DNA from: Amoebidium appalachense
Taxonomy: Eukaryota > Protista > Ichthyosporea
Direction: 5' to 3'
DNA length: 64,000 bases
Assembly (NCBI GenBank): GCA_963693365.1
Contig: CAVNZM010000001.1
Span: forward strand, 14,060,418 to 14,124,417
The translations under genes were made by a program, and so were the position numbers. Position 1 is the first letter of the stretch. Every line of letters begins with the position of its first letter. Of this stretch, positions 58,148 through 64,000 are shown piece by piece. The notes under the pieces were generated by a model, which saw nothing but the letters and a program-made list of their open reading frames with translations, had not been told where the DNA came from and did no database searches.

Positions 58148-58757
58148 TGTGCTGTTTATTAACGACATGTAGGTGAGCTGTGATGAGATGTCGGCACCAA
58201 TTGCAAGGCCAACAGTACTTCCACCCAACAAGATATACATGTACAAATCGATGTTACACTTACATCATACAGATTTTTATGTAGAGATATAACGTATAAG
58301 ATAGACATCGTATGTGGAGATATAACTTTTTTTTTTTTTTTTTTTTTGCGGCTGTATACCGGATCTACAAGATCTGCAGAACTCAGTGTGGACAGTTCAC
58401 AGTGCGGATATTCTGGATAGTATCTGTACATATCCATTGGCCCATGAGATCTAGATCTAGATCGTCGACTACTGATCTCAGCCATCAGCGCCTGCAGAGC
58501 GCAAAGTGAGTAGCCTACAATACGTGCTTGCGTGCGCCGGGTGCGCGCACGTGTGTCGGGCCTGTGCCGTTTGGCGGGTTGTTGGCCATGCATATGCATG
58601 GGTGACTTGGGCAAGACTGCACAATCATCCTCGGACAAAAAATGGAGTTGCAATGGATGGCTGGCCAATCGTGATCACTCGCAAGTTGTTCAGAGTCAGT
58701 CAGGCGTGTATGTACATTGGCGCGCGACTTGGCGTGCGCACATGTGTATGTGTGTCT

Positions 58758-58823
<66 letters not shown>

Positions 58824-59712
58824 GCGTGTGTGTGTGTCTGGCCTGTATGCGGCCGCCCGCAGGCCCAACCAATGGCTAGTACATAATATTACTATGCACA
58901 ACACCGGTCAACACAGTCATACGCCGTGGTACACCAAACGTGACACCTGGGCCTCTCAAACTGATGCACCTTTGAAAATTACTTTATTCAGATTGAGTTG
59001 GTGATCAACTAATCACATTCATACAACACACACGAGAGCCAGACTCTATGTATACTGGGACACAGGCGTGACATCATCATGGCCATAACACTCAGTCAGG
59101 TCACCAAGTGAGCATATACATGGACTAAATCTGTTCATCACTACTACTAACTAAATAAGGCTCCGAGCACAGGTGCGTATGTACACCGGTTGCCCGGATT
59201 TGATCAAGTCTTAGATACGATTAGCTATGCGAATATCCCCATCAGTTTCTGATGCAGCAATACAGTAGCATGGATTTCTCCACTCCCCCTGCTAGTTCCT
59301 AGGGGCAACTTACACAGTGTATTATAATGTGCAAAATTTAAGGCAAGTGCAAGTCGCAAGGCACTCTTGTTCTGTCATATCAGTCACGCCTAAGAACACG
59401 CAGCTCAGTCTAATGGTTTACACGCGACTTGAGGCCTTTTCTTATGGGGGCGGTTAAAAAGACAAAAAGACAAAAAGAAAAGAAAAAAAAAAAGAAAAAA
59501 AAAAAAAACCGAAGTGCATTGGTGGTAGTTAATTGATAGAAAAGACCTTCAACTGCATAAAATCGCTAGGCGAACAACCAGGTACATCAGCATAGAGCTA
59601 TCAACGGAACTTCAAAAGGGACTCGAGCATATCCGGGAGGCGCCGCCCCAGAGCCCCGTGCGCTGGGGGGGGGGGGGGGGGGGGGGGGGGGGGATGCATG
59701 GGAAAGAAGAGA

Positions 59713-60125
59713 TCAGTGAGCGCCGCCCTTCCTCTGGATGTTGATGAAAACACGGTTGGCCTTTGTGATGTGCGGACTCTCCTCCAGATCGGTCTGTGGT
59801 GTGTGTGTGTGTGTTTGCATTAGTGTGTAGATGTGGGTGAGAGGATGAGGAGAAGAGGAGGATACAGAGGAGAAGAGGCGAAGGGTACGGGGAAGGGCAG
59901 CCCTCTCCCGGGGGAAGAGGGGGGGGGGGGGGGGGGGGGAGAGGGAGAAAGAGGGGCGCTGGGGGGGGGGGGGGGGGGGGGGGGGGGAGGGGTAAAATGG
60001 GGTACATTATATGAAGTTCCATTTTCACTGTGAATACCAATGCAGATATTGAAAGGAACACATACAGAGTAGGCAGCATTAAGTAGGACCCATAGGGGGT
60101 GGGGAGAGGGGAGTGGGCCAGAGAA

Positions 60126-60159
<34 letters not shown>

Positions 60160-60348
60160 CTCTAAAATCGAGCAGGAGTCAGGTTGCAGGGAAGGGGGGA
60201 GAAGCCTAGCGGAGGCAGCAACTGGGGGGTGGGGGGAGGGCACGTACACTGATGAGGTTTGCCTGTGCAAGCTCCCATTCGATGTCGTCAGGAGTCAACC
60301 TCGGACCACCAAATGGACCCAGGCCAACATATTGGTGCTGCAGACGGA

Positions 60349-60402
<54 letters not shown>

Positions 60403-60541
60403 GAGAAGCACATACACCACACTGATAAACACATGACACCACATGGAAAAACACGCATACAAGCACACGCACAAGCACACACACATAACCCGGTGCCCGC
60501 ACACTCGGATGAGCACAAAAAAACGTACATGGAGGTGTATG

Positions 60542-60630
<89 letters not shown>

Positions 60631-60879
60631 AAACAAGCAGTGTAAGTCAATGGCTCACTGAGTTCCTATACCTACCTCTTGTCGGCCCCAAACTGCTTCA
60701 TCCTCCCCCCCCCCCCCCCCCCCCCTTTCCCCCCCTTCCTTTTCCCCAAATAAAAAACGTCACTATTGTCGCCCACTTCTCACCCTAAACAGCGTGTGCT
60801 TGAAATATAGCTGAAAGTAGTGAGTGCATAATCTCTAAGTCAATCATTAGTAAGTCTAAAAATGCCGGCAGTTACTTCT

Positions 60880-60966
<87 letters not shown>

Positions 60967-61256
60967 CCCCCCCCCCCCCCCCCCACACACACACACATAC
61001 ACGCACCCAGCCCGGCCCCCCTCCCCCCTTCTCCCCCCCCCCCCCCACCACCACCACACACACACACCCCACCCACACACACACATGACGCACACACTCA
61101 CCTGCACCTTTCCATCCCTATACACGAGAAGTGTAGGCAAACGGTCGGATGGGTAGCCGGGTATGGCTGCATCTGCAGGAATGCGACAAAATTTGACGGT
61201 GGGGAATTTGCTGGCTACTTCTTGGAGTGCACGGTAGAGGAGGGCACAGTTGCTGT

Positions 61257-61349
<93 letters not shown>

Positions 61350-61883
61350 ACGTATTTTTGTGTGCTTGTGTGGTGCACGCGCCTGCGTGTGTGTGCGCGC
61401 GTGTGTGTGCTTATGGAGTGTAAGGACATGGGAATATGGGAATGTGTTGGCGTGTCAGGGGGGGAAAAAGACGTCTTCATGAAAGGACTAAAGAATGTTG
61501 AATAAAAACGTAGTAGGTAAATAAAGGAATGTGTCCGGAAAATGGAAGAGGAAGAGGGGGGAGGGGGGGAGGGGGGAGAGAGGGAGGGGTGTTTTGTTGC
61601 CTATATTTTGAACATATGCTATAAAAATATATGTTGCTTGTGACCCGAATGACGCGACCTCCCCCTCCCCCTCCCCGGACGTCCCCAGGGGAAAAAAAGA
61701 AAAAAATAAACCGAAAGAAAATAAGTGAGATACAACCAAGAACAGACCCGCCTGTATTTTATTCATGTCCCCATGACAACTATGAGGCCACCCGGCCTCC
61801 CTGCCTCCCTCCACACACACACGCACAAACACACGCACTCGCACGCGCACGCACAGAGACACACACAGAGAGGCACAGACATA

Positions 61884-61918
<35 letters not shown>

Positions 61919-62231
61919 CCACACAGGCACACAAGGCACACGCAGGCACACTACACATAATAGAGAGTGTGTGTGACGGGTGAGAGAGAGGGGGGGGGAG
62001 GGGAGGGAGAGAGAGAGAGTGTGTGTGTGTGTGTGTGTGTGCGTGCGTGCGTGTGCTTGTGCGTGTGCGTGTGTGCGTGTATGTGTGTGCATGAGTGAGT
62101 GAGAGAGGGGAGGAAAGGGAGAGTGTCAACAAGACAGCCAGTGACAGAGAGGGGGGGGGGGGGGGGGAGAGGGAGGGGGGGAGGGGGGGGGAGCAAGAGA
62201 GAAAGAGAAAGAGAGAACAGGCACACACACA

Positions 62232-62268
<37 letters not shown>

Positions 62269-62457
62269 CTCACTCACCCCTCCTGGTCCAGCATACACAC
62301 CACCCACACCCCCGCCGTGTTCGACACCTCATCCAGAAAGTCTGTCTTTGTTCGTAGCTGCATAATCCGCCCAAAGTGTTGCAACCCAGCCTGCCTTAGC
62401 TCTTGCAGTCTTCTTTGCCTGGTTCATTGGTCAACTAAATGTTTTTTTCATACAAAG

Positions 62458-62488
<31 letters not shown>

Positions 62489-63631
62489 CCCCCCGAATTC
62501 ACCACGAATTCACCACCACCACAACTTGAACCTCCCCCTCCCACACCCCCTCCCCCCTCCCCCCACCCACCCACCATTTTCACTTTACGTATTTCTAGTC
62601 GATCATACAAGGTGTGTACATCGTTCAATACTCGGCCAAAACTGTCCGCCGCTGTGGCCAGCCTGTCTGCCGACCACCTGATACTGAAGTTGATCGGTTA
62701 TGGCGCAAACATGGATCTTTGCCTGTTTTGACCTTGGACTTTGAAATAAGTGTCGGGCATACTGCTTATATCAATAATGTGTGTTGGGTTCCTTGCCAGA
62801 TAATATATTAGATAACTAAAGCCTGTTTCAGATTCATAGTCTGGCCTAAATCAAAAAACGGTCTTAGACTATGACCGGCATAGAATGGCTAGGCCCCACT
62901 TTGAGCCGCCAGAATCAATTAGGATCCTAAGACAAGTTAACATCCCCCCCCAAACACACACACACACTACCCCCCCCCCCCTCCACACACACACACACCA
63001 ATTTCCTCCCCCCTCCACCTCCCCTCTCCCCCCTCCCACATTCACCTCCCCTCGCCTCTCCCCCGTCCCCCCTTTCCCCCCCCCCCCTCCCCCCCCCCCG
63101 ACACACACACACACCCTCATCCTCTGTAGTATTCTCTCCTCATCCTCATCGTACAGATCCTCATCCTCATTCTCCAGCTCATCATAGGTCATGTGTTCCA
63201 GTCTGTCTGTGCGGTCCCGCTGGGCGCTCTCTACCACCTGATCACACCCAGAAAATGAACATGTATTCCCCTGGATATCCTCCCCCCTCCCGGCCCTTCC
63301 CCCCCCCTCCCCCCCCCCCCCCCTTCTTCCCCTTCCCCTCTCCCCCCCCCCCCCCCATCTTCCCCCTTTTCCCACCCAAACCCTCGCCACCCTCGTGACA
63401 CCTTTGGAAGTAACACGTAGGTAGCTGGGAAACACAATTACACCTACAAAAACACCGACACAGTCACACACATACACACCTGCAGGCAACTTACACAACC
63501 ACGAACACATCAACAACCTGCTAAAGCACCCATAGAGACACACGAAAATGCACGTACACACGCTCTACAAGCACGCAATAAGAAAGGATGTAAGCGCACA
63601 GGGACGAGAACAAACTCCCGAGGGCACACAG

Positions 63632-63692
<61 letters not shown>

Positions 63693-63798
63693 CACACACA
63701 CACAGATACACACTGACCCATACAACACACGGGCACATACACACAGGCCAACGCATGTGCCTACACACGCACAAACAATGTCCTCATCAAGGAACACA
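59713..63798 (-). CDS. PDCL3: Phosducin-like protein 3 (PhLP2/Plp2/Viaf family); 5' end lies beyond the window
   Basis: Exons 63798-63777 (tentative), 63237-63113, 62418-62278, 61252-61102, 60337-60248, 59793-59713. LEHMTYDELENEDEDLYDEDEERILQRMR..RRLQEL...FGRIMQL...VASKFPTVKFCRIPADAAIPGYPSDRLPTLLVYRDGKVQHQYVGLGPFGG...DIEWELAQANLISTDLEESP matches the phosducin thioredoxin-like domain of the PhLP2 subgroup. Confidence 0.9.
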
Positions 63799-63920
63799 CT
63801 GAGGGAGGGGGGGAGAGGGGGGAGGAGGGGAGGAGGGAGGGGGAGAGGAAGGGGGGAAGAGGGGGGGGGGGGGGAGAGGGAGGGAGGGAGGGAGAGAGGG
63901 AGAGGGGGGGGGGGAGGGGG

Positions 63921-63998
<78 letters not shown>

Positions 63999-64000
63999 GA

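Overview
Eukaryotic nuclear DNA from an intron-rich microbial eukaryote. Gene content is compatible with an opisthokont protist or early fungus, but the taxon cannot be determined from this window. Introns are saturated with poly-G/poly-C, (GT)n/(CA)n and (GA)n/(CT)n tracts, which generate nearly all the spurious ORFs in the six-frame track. Manual GT-AG, phase-consistent assembly gives five genes: (1) an 18+ exon minus-strand RA-domain plus ankyrin-repeat protein (14514 to <133); (2) a 16-exon conserved uncharacterised protein (31834 to 16675) carrying an intronic tRNA-Leu(CAG) and an inverted decayed copy of it; (3) RPA12 (33288-37367); (4) a single-coding-exon 682-aa protein with CRIB-like motifs, an atypical Ras-like GTPase and a C-terminal C1-like domain; (5) the 3' part of a phosducin-like protein 3. 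Between 43.5 and 55 kb lies a cluster of decayed mobile elements: a DIRS-order element with split direct repeats, a tRNA-derived SINE-like piece, an APE-RT LINE bracketed by ~120-bp direct repeats, and a pogo-like DNA transposon. The best candidates for new biology are the CRIB-Ras-C1 protein, the LINE with very long flanking direct repeats, and the intron architecture (complementary simple repeats, acceptors without pyrimidine tracts). All calls are by eye; no database searches were run.
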